Assembly (NCBI GenBank): GCA_004431415.1
Contig: QPMI01000622.1
Span: forward strand, 1-64,000
Direction of reading: 5' to 3'
DNA: 64,000 nucleotides
From: Cyanophora paradoxa CCMP329
Lineage: Eukaryota > Plantae > Glaucophyta
Position 1 is the first letter of the stretch. Each line of letters begins with the position of its first letter. The translations under genes and the position numbers were made by a program. The notes below the pieces were generated by a model. That model saw nothing but the letters and a program-made list of their open reading frames with translations, ran no database searches and was not told where the DNA came from. This document shows, piece after piece, positions 23,505-35,196 of the stretch.

Positions 23505-23856
23505 TGCGCTGAGCGGGATGCGCTAAGCAGTTGGCTAGGCCCGGAGGCGCCCCAAGCAGAGAGGGACAGGCCCGTACAGAACCGTAGGGCGACGGCAAGC
23601 GGGTGCCATTACGTACACAGCAGGCGCAGAGCCAGCGCAAGACAGATAGTAAGACAGAGAGAACAAGAACAGATCTGGCAAGGACAGCAAGCGAGCGCCG
23701 CGCGGGGCAAGCGAGGGCCCAGGGCTAAAATAAGCGGGCCAGTTGGCAACAACGTGGCACCAGGAATAGCAGGCTACAAAGGGTACAAGGCAAGGCAAGC
23801 TGCCGGCTTCGAGCCGACGACCAGGGCTAGCTGGGAGTCGGAAAGTGGGCGGCACA
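23505..23856 (-). repeat. 5' LTR (352 bp)
   Basis: Identical by eye to 19956-20307; followed on the minus strand by TGGGGGCTG. Confidence 0.92.
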
Positions 23857-24790
23857 GCGGCCCCCTTCCCGCGCCTCCCTGCGAGAGTTCGCGGCCTCGC
23901 CCTTTGCCCAGTGGTTGCCAAGTTGCGCGCCGACCAGCCTCCACATGATGTATTTCCCCCACATAACAGTTTTCTGGATCCGTGTAACGAATTAAAGCCT
24001 TGAACTTAGGAACTTCGCGATTCGAATTCAAAGTTGCACGCCGTGACGCTGTACATCTGCATGTGACATGATTTCCTGTCGACGTCCGATGTCCGAGCCT
24101 CATGCCATATGATGATCATGACTCACTGAATCAGCTGCAGTACCGTCGACGTCGAGATCCTCGCCGAGTCACTGAGTCGGATCGAGAATCCGGATCCGGA
24201 TCCGATGATTCCGAAGTTCGGACGCAGTGACTCCGAGGCTCGGCGAGCTCGAGCTCGAGTCCGCGCAGAGGGCGCTAATCATTGAATTATAATCGTTGAA
24301 CTGTGGCTTCGGACAGCAGCAGCACGCCCCGCGACCGTCGGAAGTGCCCCGGCTTGACGATGCCGCAGTGCATGTGCATATGCATGGCGCTCCCCGAGTC
24401 AAGCAATTCAAACAAATCGATATCGTTCATCCACTTCCTTAGCACAATCTGTTCATCATTTATATGTTGATATCTGAAAGTCGCTATTGGAAATGTGCCG
24501 TATCTCGCAGAAACGCCTGTTCGAGAGAAACTGCCCTACTGAACACGACTGGTGCGACGAAATGATCATGTGGCATGAAATGACTAAGCGCAAAGTAAGG
24601 TGTGAAAATTCAGGTATGGCAATTCCTACCCTGCTCCTACAGACTTCTGCCATGATACACAATGATCCCTGTCTAGGCATGTCCTCCAGCCCGTGCTGCG
24701 CCCTAAATCTAAACGCAGAAGCGGGCCGGGCTCAAAAAAAGAGGTGCGCGTGGCAGTCCTGATCTGTATAAGGCCAGAGGCCGGCGACGA

Positions 24791-24791
<1 letters not shown>

Positions 24792-24818
<27 letters not shown>
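24792..24818 (+). repeat. G27 homopolymer
   Basis: Direct read. Confidence 0.9.
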
Positions 24819-24821
<3 letters not shown>

Positions 24822-24867
24822 TGTGCACGAGGGAGGCGGGGGCGGGGGGGCGAGGCGTTGGGGTCGG

Positions 24868-27636
24868 TCAGGCGGGGGCGGAGGGGGGCGGGGAGACGCC
24901 GGCCTGGGAGCGGGCGGCGGGGACGAAGACAGCGCAGTGGTCGCCTAAAACATGCAGGTCTAGGTCGGCGAGGGTGAGCGCCGCCCAGCCGCCCTTCTCC
25001 CTTTCCCCGGCCCCCGCCCCGTGGTGCTCCTTGCCCGGCCCGATCAGCACCGCGTCGACGCTCCCGCCCGAGCCGCTGCTCCCGCTCGCCCCGTTGCCCG
25101 AGAAGCTGCTGCCGGTGCCGTTGCCCGACGAGGAGGAGGTCGACGCGTTGCCGCCGCCCCCCGTCGAGCTCGAGCTCGAGCCCGAGCCGCGAATCGCCGA
25201 GTTGCTCACCGGGCCGGCCGCTTCCTCCCCGCCCATCATGGCCTTGCCGCCGGCCGCGCCGACGCCGGCCTGGGCGGCCTGGGCGGCGGCGGCGTGGGCG
25301 GCGGAGGGCGGAAGGCGGGCGAGGCGGCGGAAGTTGGTGGAGGCCGAGGGGATGGGGCACGGCTGGGAGTTGCCCGAGCTGGAGCCCGAGTTGGGCGAGG
25401 CGCGCGAGGGCGACGAGAAGGCCTTCACGATGCCGCTCCCGTCGAGCAGCGGCGAGAGCCCGATCCGCCCGTCCACCGCGGCCCGCGGCCCCGCCATGTC
25501 CCCGCTCGAGCCGCCGGCGGCCGCCGACGAGGCCGAGGGCGCCGCCTCGTTGCGGTGCCGGTGGTGGTGGTAGTGGCAGTGGTGCCTGCCCCGCAGAGTC
25601 AGGACCCCGCAGGTTCCGCGCCGCCCCCGGGCCACGCACCGCTCCCTGTGGTGCCGCTCGCGCCTCGCGCCGCTCATCGCCGCGGCGGCAGCTGCCTCGG
25701 CCTCGGCCTGCTTGGGGGGGGCGGGACGTGAGGGGGCGGGCGGGGCGGGGCGCGGGGCGGGGCAGACCACGGCGTCGGCTTCAGCGTCGGCTCCCTCGGC
25801 GGCGTTGGCGTCCCCGCCCTCCTCCCCGCTCGCCGAGCCCCCGCTCCCGCTCCCCCCCGACCGCCCCGCGCTGCCCCCGGCCGACCCTGCCGACCCGCTG
25901 CTCCCCGACCCGCTCCCTCCGGAGCCGCTGCCGTGGCCGCTGCTGTGGCTCGGCTGGTCCGAGGGCGGCCCGACGATGAGGCCAGACTCCGGGTCCTCCC
26001 GCAGCTCGGCGAGCTTGTCCGCCCACGCCCGCACGCGCCGCTGCCCGTGCGGCGTGAGGTCCCCCCGCCCCGAGCTCGACCGGCCCCCGCTGCCGCTCCC
26101 GCTGCCGCTCCCGCTGCCGCGCGACTCAGAGGCGCGCGGGGGGCACGCGGGCGGGGTGGGGGGCTCACTTGGAGGCGACTTTGGAGGGGAGAGAGGAGAC
26201 GTCGAGCAGGCCGCTCTTCTTCGCGCGCCGGCTGTCCGCCCGCCCCAGCGCCACCGGCGCCGCGTACCCGCCTTCCCGCAGCGCCGAGGAGAGGGGCAGC
26301 GGGTGCGGCAGGCTGGCCTCGTCCCCGCCCGGCGGCGACGGCGTGCCGCCGCCCTCGGAGCCGTTGCCGGAGACGGAGCTCTCGTTGCCGTCGGAGATGT
26401 GGTCGAGCGAGGAGAAGCTGCAGAGCGAGGAGCCGCAGGCGGCCACGGAGGAGGAGGAGGAGGAGGAGGAGGCGGAGGAGGGCGACGAGGAGCGCGGGGC
26501 GTCCCGCTCCGGCACTGCCGGCAACTCCCGGTCCCGGTCCCGGTCCCGGTCCCTCTCCCGTTCCCGTTCCCGCTCGATCGCCGACGTCGCTGACGCTGGC
26601 GGCTGCGGCGGACCGCTCCCGCTCCCGCTCCCGCTGCCGCTGCCGCTTCCGCTGCCGCTGCCGGAGCCGGCGCCGGAGGAGGCGGAGCCGTGCTTGGGCC
26701 CGGTGGTGGCGCGGGAGCGGAGGCGCTCGACCTCGTCGCGGAGGCTCTCGTTCTCCATCTGCATGAGCAGGTCCAGCAGCTGCATCGCCAGGCTCAGCTT
26801 CACGTCCCGGTCCTCCACGTCCTTGTCCAGCCGCCCCACCGCCTCCACCAGGCCCCTGCACGCCACGTCACGCCCCTCCACAGCACGGGCCACGCCATCT
26901 ATCCCGAGGTCGCCCCACCGGGCGGGGAGGGGGCCCAGGGAGGGGACCGGCGCTCACAAATTGTGAGTCTTGATCGCCTGAATGTAATTCGCCGCGCCGT
27001 TCACCGGAGACGGCAGCGCGAGGGGATCGGGGGGAGGCGCGCGGCTGAGTTGCCGCACGAGCGAGTTGGGGGAAATTGATTTCCCATTCATCGCCCCGCT
27101 CTCGACCACCCGCTCCGCCAGCTTCCTCAACGTCGACAGACAGTTCGCCTCCGCCTCCGCCGTCACCCGAGATCGCTCCGCGTCCTTTGCCCGGTCCCTC
27201 CTGCGGCCGCGAACGCTCGGACCCCCGACGGTTCCCCGCGCGCGTCCCTCCCGCTCACCTCGATCGCTTCGACGGCTGCATGGCTGATGATTCTCTCTCC
27301 GGGTGCTCACGTCTGACGCAGCAGGCGTCGGAAAGAGCGAACGGGGCTGGGAGCGACGCGACCCCGGCGTGCTCACTTCGCGTACAACCCATTCGGTACG
27401 TCGTGCATGACATGCACGCCGTCTGGGGGCGGAGGAAGCGACGTACACTCAGCCACCCGGCCCAAACTCCCACGTACGCAACAAATCCGCCACGTACGAG
27501 GGCGTCGGACGGCTGGGGGCGCCCCCAAGGGCGCTGGAGCTGACACGGGGTCCGCGTCCATGGGCTGCAAGTCCCCCGAGGCATCCCCGGCCCCTCCAGA
27601 CGTTCCTACGTCTTCCATATTCCGATCCAGATCCAT
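24868..27636 (-). CDS. Hypothetical protein: coiled-coil segment plus Ser/Gly-rich low-complexity regions; start uncertain
   Basis: Host-like codon usage and introns; segments CLSTLRKLAERVVE, GLVEAVGRLDKDVEDRDVKLSLAMQLLDLLMQMENESLRDEVERLR, RAWADKLAELREDPESGL. No family recognised. Confidence 0.6.
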
Positions 27637-27911
27637 CCTGTTCCCGCTTCGGCGCTCGCTGGCCCGCTCGCACACATGCGCTGGCCTCGCTTGGTGCTGG
27701 CGCTCGCTGCTGCTCTACCGGATATGGATCGCTAGCTGGGAAGGAGGACGCATGCGCATCGTGCTCGTCTTCGCTCTCCGAGGCTCTAAGGCTGCTGGTG
27801 GTGGTGGGACACTTGGAGTCTTGGTGAGAGATCGAGGCGCCTCGCTCATCCGCGCGTACAGAGGCATCAGGGCAAGTCCCGTGCAGGCTTTTTTGCCTTG
27901 AGTTTTCTTTT

Positions 27912-28094
27912 GCATCCCGTGCTGAAGTTTTGAAACGTGCCAAGGTGCTTCGGTAAACGTGTTTTTTTTGAAGGACGGTTTTTGAGGGGAGATACCGTCC
28001 TTTTTTGGGGAGAAACGGTGTTTAGGGGGTACAAGCTGTGCCTGGAAAAAACCATTTTCATCGTGCCCAGCCCGTCAGCTTGAGCACGGGATGC
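27912..28094. mobile_element. Possible MITE / DNA-transposon remnant
   Basis: Inverted repeats GCATCCCGTGCT(G/C)AAG at 27912-27927 and 28079-28094; T/G-run-rich interior with a 9 bp hairpin AAGGACGGT...ACCGTCCTT. No TSD found. Confidence 0.4.
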
Positions 28095-29196
28095 GGGTTA
28101 AAAACGTTAGGGCTTTTCTTCCAACTTGCATTTCGATCATGTGCCTGACACACGTGCTGCTAAATTTTGAGCTGCATCGATAGCTGATCATGACGCGAGC
28201 GGACGCCGCGGAGTCCCGTGCCAGCGTGCGCGTGCGCAGGGGGAACTTGGGAAGTCGAGATAAGATCATCGCGCGCGCGCGCGGCTGCGGACTCGGCGGA
28301 TCAGAGAGACCGTGTCGACGTCGACCTCGGACACTGATCGGCGATGGCGCGGCGATCGACGGTCTCCTCAATTGCAAAGCCTTCGAATTCCTGCCGAAGT
28401 GCAAGCTTAAGCATACGCGCATACGCAGGCTGCAGCGCTAGCAGGCCGGATGGCGCTCGCGCGCTGCACAGCCTGCACGCGCGCGCGCTCCTAGCTCCTT
28501 CAACGGCCGCTGAGCCTGGCGCAGGCTTGGTCATGCCCGGGCCATGATGAACATGAACTAGCGCTTGACGATCACTCGTTCACCGCGGATTCGCGAGCGT
28601 CGCGCTTCAACTTGCATGCCGCAGTACGTGCGCTCGCTCCTGCGCCGGCGTCGCAGAGACAATTCCATTGGACACAGCCTTCCTCTTCTGAAGTTGTGCA
28701 CAATTATGCATGCGCGATTGTGTTTGTGCCTTGCTTCAATTTGTTTCTATTCCGATTGCAATTGACATCGTTTCACACCTTGCAATTGATTTCCCTCCCA
28801 CGTCCCGACGGTGATCATTTGCTTTCATGATCATATATATAGCTTGAGAGTAGTTCTTCGAATCCAAAACCACCGTTTCGCTTTCCAAAGTTCATGATCA
28901 TGAGATATTAGCCTCTCGAATTTCTTGCAGTTGAATATATGTGTATATATAGCTTCAAAGCTATAAATTGCACTTCCGAAGTTCACTTCTTTTAGAATTC
29001 ACTATAGCTAGAAGTTTAAATCTTGATCTAGCTCAGATCTAGAATCGAGGAAGAATTCGAAACGCAGAGCCAAATGCCAAAATCATCACAGAGCACGTGC
29101 ACTCTCCTCTGCGTCCAACCCGTCCAACACACGTGCACAGGCCAGCCTCCCGTCCAAACTCAAATCGTGACTTCAGCCTTGTAATTGGTGATCTTC

Positions 29197-30292
29197 CTAA
29201 GGAAACGACCTTCTAGTGAGGTCCTCCAGCACAGCCCACAGCCGGTCTTGCACAGTCTCATCATATGAAACCTTGGCTGAAGGAGTCTCCCGCCTTCCGA
29301 CGTAATACTTGCCTGTCACACCCTCCAAGGAGGGACTGGTTGCCAGCCAGTGTTGATCATTGGCATCATTTACCTAGACGAACAATTCCGTCACATGCAT
29401 ATGTGATAGAGCCAGCAGTCATAGGAACTTGCTCACCTCAATGCCACAGGGGCCCCAGCCGGCAAAGAGCATTTTGGTGTTCACTGTACCCGGATCGAGG
29501 GTGTTCACTGTGACTCCAGTGCCCTTCAGGGCACGGACCTGCACACATGCATGAAATGATGTTCACTCATGCATATGACCAAAGAAAGAGTCACCATAGA
29601 GTAAGTCAGGAGCACATCGCACAGCTTTGACAAGGAGTAGGTGCTGTGAGAATTGAATCCCTTCTCGGCATTCAGATTGTCAAAATCAATCGATGAAGAT
29701 TGCGAGATGCTTGCAACATTGATAATACGAGGTCGACTTCCCATCTTAATGAGATCCAGCAGCTCAGCGGTCAAGAGATAGGGTGCCAGCACGTTGACCT
29801 GGCATTGCATGTCATGTCATGTCACCTGTTGCATGTCAAGAAATCTCACCTGAAAGGTCAGCTCGTTTCCGTCCACAGTCTTCACATATTGCTCAGCGAA
29901 GACGCCGGCATTGTTGTCCAGGACCTGAGACACGCCGGTTTGAATTCGATTCCAAATGCTGAGACACGTATACGTAAGCTTAACACTCACATCAAGCCGG
30001 GGGGCTGCATCCTTGATCTGCTTCGCAAGCTCCCTCACTTGTGAAAGATCGGCAAAGTCCGCGTTAAAATACTGGACGTTCGATCCAGTGCTGTCTCGAA
30101 TCCAACGCGCCGTGCTCTCGCCCCGCTCTCGATTGCGCCCGTGAATTAAAACCGTGGCGCCGTCCTTTGCGAGCCGGAACGCCGTATGCCTCCCGATCCC
30201 GTCCGTGGCTCCCCTGCGCAGCGGTAAGATGCGCGATACAGCGTATGGCGCGCCAGCTCGACACACGTCACTAAACAAATTCGGCCCTCCAT
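29197..30292 (-). CDS. Short-chain dehydrogenase/reductase (retinol dehydrogenase/WWOX-like classical SDR)
   Basis: MEGRICLVT|[11 protein letters not shown] (TGxxxGIG), [10 protein letters not shown]|[22 protein letters not shown] (YxxxK), [23 protein letters not shown]. Confidence 0.92.
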
Positions 30293-30339
30293 CGTCGCCT
30301 CGAATACGACCAGCTCGTATGCGCGCGTACGTGAACAGA

Positions 30340-30386
30340 CGGTGCCCGCGGAGGCTCTGCTGCTCAAGCGGTGCCCGCGGAGGCTC
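30340..30386. promoter_or_regulatory. 18 bp direct repeat CGGTGCCCGCGGAGGCTC x2 in the SDR/CSE1 divergent intergenic region
   Basis: Copies at 30340-30357 and 30369-30386; a regulatory role is only inferred from position. Confidence 0.3.
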
Positions 30387-30552
30387 GACGCTGACCAGCT
30401 CCCTCGCACGGCGGGCGGCGCGATAACGAAGGCCGACGCGCCGTGCATCGGCCAGGAAACGTGCTCGGGTGGCGGTAGGCGGTTTTCGAAGCCCAAAACC
30501 GGGTACACAAACTCGACAGTAGGGTACAGGTTGCAAACAAACGGCGAGCGCG

Positions 30553-33500
30553 ATGGACACCGCGCTGCAGGCCCTCGCGGGCCATTTGAGCCAGACCATG
30601 TCGCCGACGCCTGCGGAGCGCAGAGCAGGCAAGCGCCGGCCAGTTGCCGCGCAAGCCGCCGGCGCGCTGGCTGACACGCACACACCGCGTCTTCGGTCGA
30701 TGCGCAGGCGAGGAGGCGCTGCGCAAGTTCGAGCAGCAGCCTGGTTTCTCGCAGCTCGTCCTCACCCTCATTCAAACCGAGGCGGTGCCAGCGCCCATCC
30801 GCCAAGCCGGAGCGGTCGCGTTCAAGAACTACGTCAAGTACCGCTGGAAAAGGGTGCGCCGCGTCTCGCACGCCTGCTCGGCGGCGCTCGCGTCGAACAT
30901 TCCTCGCCCGGCCGCGCTCCGCGGCGCCTGTGGCCCCGGAAGCGCTGACGCGCGCGGTGCGGTGCACAGGAGGAGGACGACGGGGCGGCGGCGGACGCGT
31001 GGGTGATCGGAGAGCAGGACCGGGCGGTGGTGAAGTCGCAGATCGTGGGCCTCATGCTCTCGACGCCGCCGGCCATCCAGAAGCAGCTCTCCGAGGCGCT
31101 CTCCATCGTCTCCCAGTACGACTTCCCGGACAAGTGGGACACGCTGCTCCCCGTGCGGCTGCCGGCGGCGCCCTGCCGGCCCAGCTTATGGCGGCGCAGG
31201 ACCTCGTGGCGAAGCTGAACACGCAGGACCTGGCGACCATCAACGGCATCCTCACCACCGCCAACTCGATCTTCAAGCGGTGCGCCGCGGCGGGGGTCGG
31301 CGGGCCGGGGCGGGGCCGAGGGGGCGGGCAGGTACCGGTACGAGAGCGCCGGGTCGTCGGCGGCGGGCGGGCTCGTGAAGGAGCTCAAGTACGTCCTCGA
31401 GCGCTTCCAGGCCCCGCTCCTCCAGCTCTTCGGCGTCCGCCCCCCGCGCCCCGCCGCCGCGCCCCCGCCGGGGGCCGACGCGGCGGCCGGGGCCGGCGCA
31501 GATGACGGCGCAGCGCGCGCTGGGCGGCGGCAACGACGCCAAGACGGCCGCCGCGCTCTTCGACAACCTCCGCCTCATGGCCCGCGTCTACTACTCCCTC
31601 TGCTACCAGGCGCGGCGGCCGGGCGGGGGCGTGGGGGGCGCGGGCGGGGGCGAGCGGGGCGCAGGTGCTGCCGGAGTTCTTCGAAGACCACCTGAACGAG
31701 TGGATGGGGGCGTTCGACGCGGTGCTGGGCCACGAGAACGCGGCGCTCGAGTCGGACGACGACGAGCAGCCGGGCATCCTCGACCGCACGCAGGCCGCCG
31801 TCTGCGACAACCTCAACCTCTTCATGGAGAAGTACGAGGAGGAGTTCAAGCCCTACCTCCAGAAGTTCGTCTCCGGTCCGTCCGCCCCCGCCCCCCGCCC
31901 CGCCCCGGCCCCTGCGCGCCGGGACCGGCTGAGGGGCCGGCCGGCAGACGTGTGGACGCTCCTCATGAAGAAGGGCCCGGAGCCGAAGAACGACCTCGTG
32001 CGCCCCCGGCGCCGCGCCGACGCCCCGGCGGGGGCGGGGGCCGAGGAGGGGGCGGGGGGGCGGGGCTGCAGATGGTGACGTCGGCGATCCGGTTCCTGAC
32101 GACGGTCGCCAAGTCGGTGCACTACGAGCTCTTCAACGACCCCGCCACCCTCAAGTCCATCTGCGAGAAGATCGTCATCCCCAACATCCGCTTCCGAGAT
32201 ACGGCCCCGCCCCCGCCACGCCGCCCCGCGCGCCCGGGGCCGAGGCCGGCGCACAGCAGGACGAGGAGCTCTTCGAGGAGAACCCGCAGGAGTACCTGCG
32301 GCGGGACATCGAGGGGTCGGACACCGACACGCGCCGCCGCGCCGCCTGCGAGCTCGTCAAGGGCCTCTGCGTCCGCTTCGAGGCGCCCGTGACGGAGGTC
32401 TGCACGGGGTACATCACCGCCATGCTCGCCGAGTACGGCGCCGACCCCAAGGGCAAGTGGCAGGTGCCCGCCCCGCCCCGCCCGCCCCGCCCCGCGCCCC
32501 ACCGGCCCCCGCACAGGCCAAGGACGCGGCGATCTACCTGCTGCTCGCCCTCGCCGTCAAGACATCCACCGTCAAGGCCGGCACCACCAGGCGCGCCCCC
32601 CCGCCCCCCCGCCCGCCCCGCCGGCGGCGGCGGCGTTGCGACGGGGGCGGGCAGCACGAACGCGCTGGTGCCGGTGGCGGACTTCTTCGCGAGCCACGTG
32701 GCGGGGGAGCTGCAGTCGGCGGAGGGCCACCCCGTGCTCAAGGCGGACGCCATCAAGTTCGTGACGGCGTTCCGGAGCCAGCTGCCGCGGGAGGCGGCGG
32801 TGCCGGTGCTGGGGATGCTGGTGAACCTGCTGAAGGCGCGCCCGTACGTGGTGCACACGTACGCGGCGAACGCCATCGAGCGGATGCTCACCGTCAAGGA
32901 CGCCGGCGTCCTCCGGTGCGCCCCCGCCCCCCTCCCACCACGCCCCGCGCCCCGCCCCGACGCCGCCCGGCGCAGGCTGGACCGGAAGGCGCTGCAGCCG
33001 GCGATCGAGCCGCTGCTGACGAACCTCTTCGCCGCCCTCTCCCTCCCGGGCTCCGCCGAGAACGACTACGTCATGAAGGGCCCGCCCCGCCCCGCCCCGC
33101 CGCCGCTGGGGCGGGAGGGCTGAGTGCGGGGCGCAGCGATCATGCGGGTGACGGGGGTGGTGCAGGAGGACCTCAAGCCCGTGCTCCCCGCCATCATCCA
33201 GCAGCTGACGGCCATCCTGGGGAGCGTGTGCGCGAACCCGCGGAACCCCATCTTCAACCACTACCTCTTCGAGACCGTCGCCTCCCTCGTCCGCTTCATC
33301 TGCACCGCCGACCCCGCCCAAGGCCCGCCCCGCCCCCGCGCCCCGCCCCCCCTCGCCCCGCCGGGGCTCCTGGCTGACGCGGGGTGCGCAGTGCCGGTGT
33401 TCGAGGGGATGCTGATGCCGCCGTTCTCGAGCGTGCTGCAGATGGACGTGTCGGAGTTCACGCCGTACGTCTTCCAGGTGCTGGCGCAGCTCCTCGAGCT

Positions 33501-34684
33501 CTACGCGGGGCCCGTCTCCCCCGCCTTCATGGCCCTCTTCCCCCCGTGCCTCACCCCCGCCCTCTGGGAGCGCCCCGCCAACGTCCCCGCCCTCGTCCGC
33601 CCCCGCCCCGCCCCGCCCCGCCCCGCCCCGCGGGGGCCGACGGGGCGCAGACGCGGCTGCTGGAGGCGTACCTGGCCAAGGCGGGTGACCAGGTGGCGGC
33701 GGGGAAGCAGCTGGAGCCGCTGCTGGGCGTCTTCCAGAAGCTCGTCGCCTCCAAGGCCAACGAGCACGAGGGCTTCCGCCTCCTCGAGGCCGCCGTCGCT
33801 TCTCTGCCCCTGTCCGCCCCCGCCCCCGCCCCCGCCCCTGCCTCCCTGGGCTGAGGCGGGGGCAGGGCGACGCTGGGCCCGTACCTGCAGACGGTGATGC
33901 AGATCCTCTTCACGCGGCTGCAGGCGAACAAGACGGCCAAGTTCATCCGCCACCTCCTCGTCGCCCTCTCCTGCATCGCCGCCCGCTACGGGCCCGGCAC
34001 CCTCCTCGAGAAGGTGGACGGCATCCAGCCGCGCCTCTTCGCCATGCTCCTCGAGCAGGTCTGGATCCCCAACATGACCAAGCTCGCCTCCGGCGGCGAG
34101 CGCAAGGCCCGCCCCGCCCCCGCCCCGCCCCCGCCCCCGCCCCCGCGCGCCGCGCACGTGGGCGACGGTGCCGACAGACGGTGGCGGTGGGGAGCACGAA
34201 GCTGCTGGCGGAGGCGCCGGCGATGCTCGCCGACCCCGCCTACGCCGCCCTCTGGCCCGCCCCCCCACCGCGCCCCCCGCCGCGGCCCGGGGCGAGCGGG
34301 GGCGCGCAGGGGCAAGCTGCTGGCGGGGACGGTGGGGCTGCTGGAGCAGGCGGAGGAGGCGGGGAACACGGGGGACGAGGACGACTACCCGGACCTCGAG
34401 TCCGCCCCCTCCAGCGCCGCCGCCTTCTCCCAGCTCCACTTCGCCCCCCGCCCCGAGGCCCGCCAGCCCCGCCCCCGGCCCCGCCCGCGCCGCGCTGATG
34501 CCCCGGGCAGATCGACGTGGCGGGGGCGGCGGGGGAGCCGAAGGCCTTCCTGGCGACGAGCGTGGCGGCCCTCTCGAGGGCGCACCCGGGAAAGCTCGGG
34601 CCCATGGCGCAGGCCGCCCTGCCCCCGGAGGCCCAGGCCGCCCTCGCCCGCTACCTCGCCGCCGCCGGCGCCGCCATCGCCTGA
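30553..34684 (+). CDS. CSE1: Exportin-2 / importin-alpha re-exporter (CSE1/CAS), about 20 exons
   Basis: AGAVAFKNYVKYRW, IQKQLSEALSIVSQYDFPDKWDTLLP, NSIFKR|YRYE, LPEFFEDHLNEWM, EYLRRDIEGSDTDTRRRAACELVKGL, VLKADAIKFVTAFRSQL, VVHTYAANAIER, ENDYVMK, NPIFNHYLFE, EFTPYVFQ. Confidence 0.96.
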
Positions 34685-35196
34685 GCCCGCCCCGGCCCCG
34701 GCCCCTTTCTCTCCACCCGACGTATCCTTCAGCCCGCTGCCTTCCGCAGTTTTTGGCAGATGCAGACCCTAGACTGCCTTTTTTGATGTCCCCCCGCCGC
34801 AGTCTCTTTGTTCCAGTGGATCGCCCGTAATTAGCAGCTCAACGGATCGGAAGCCGGTCTGAGCCCCGCCAGCGGGTCATGCGCCGCGTCGCGTCCCACG
34901 GTGAGAGTTGAATTGAAAGCCAAAGGGTTTGATCCAAATCTGGAGCCGGCTGGCTCCAAGCAGACGAACGGAAAGGGAGATCTAGAACAGATCTTGAAAG
35001 CGAGCGAGAAGCAAATCAAAAAAGCGGTCCGGAAATCCTACGTCGAAACACACGTCGACCGTCGGACGTCTAGCCTAGTAGAGCAAGCGCTACCCATGGC
35101 CATGGCCATGGCCACAGCTGCAGGCCTGTGCATGGAGGTCGAGTTGAAATTGCGCGCGCGGTGCTGGCGCCGCTGCGGGCCGCCGCGCGGGGGCGG

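Larger units (their letters stand above)
19956..23856 (-). mobile_element. Non-autonomous LTR retrotransposon (LARD/TRIM-like), recent insertion
   Basis: Two 352 bp direct repeats with TG...CA ends; 4 bp TSD GCGG (19952-19955 and 23857-23860). On the minus strand a PBS-like TGGGGGCT abuts the 23505 LTR and a purine-rich AGCGGGAAGCG abuts the 20307 LTR. No recognisable gag/pol. Confidence 0.9.

Noticed and set aside
24792-24818. G27 tract as a functional element
   Set aside because: Homopolymer length is unreliable and C/G runs are common at gene 3' ends here.
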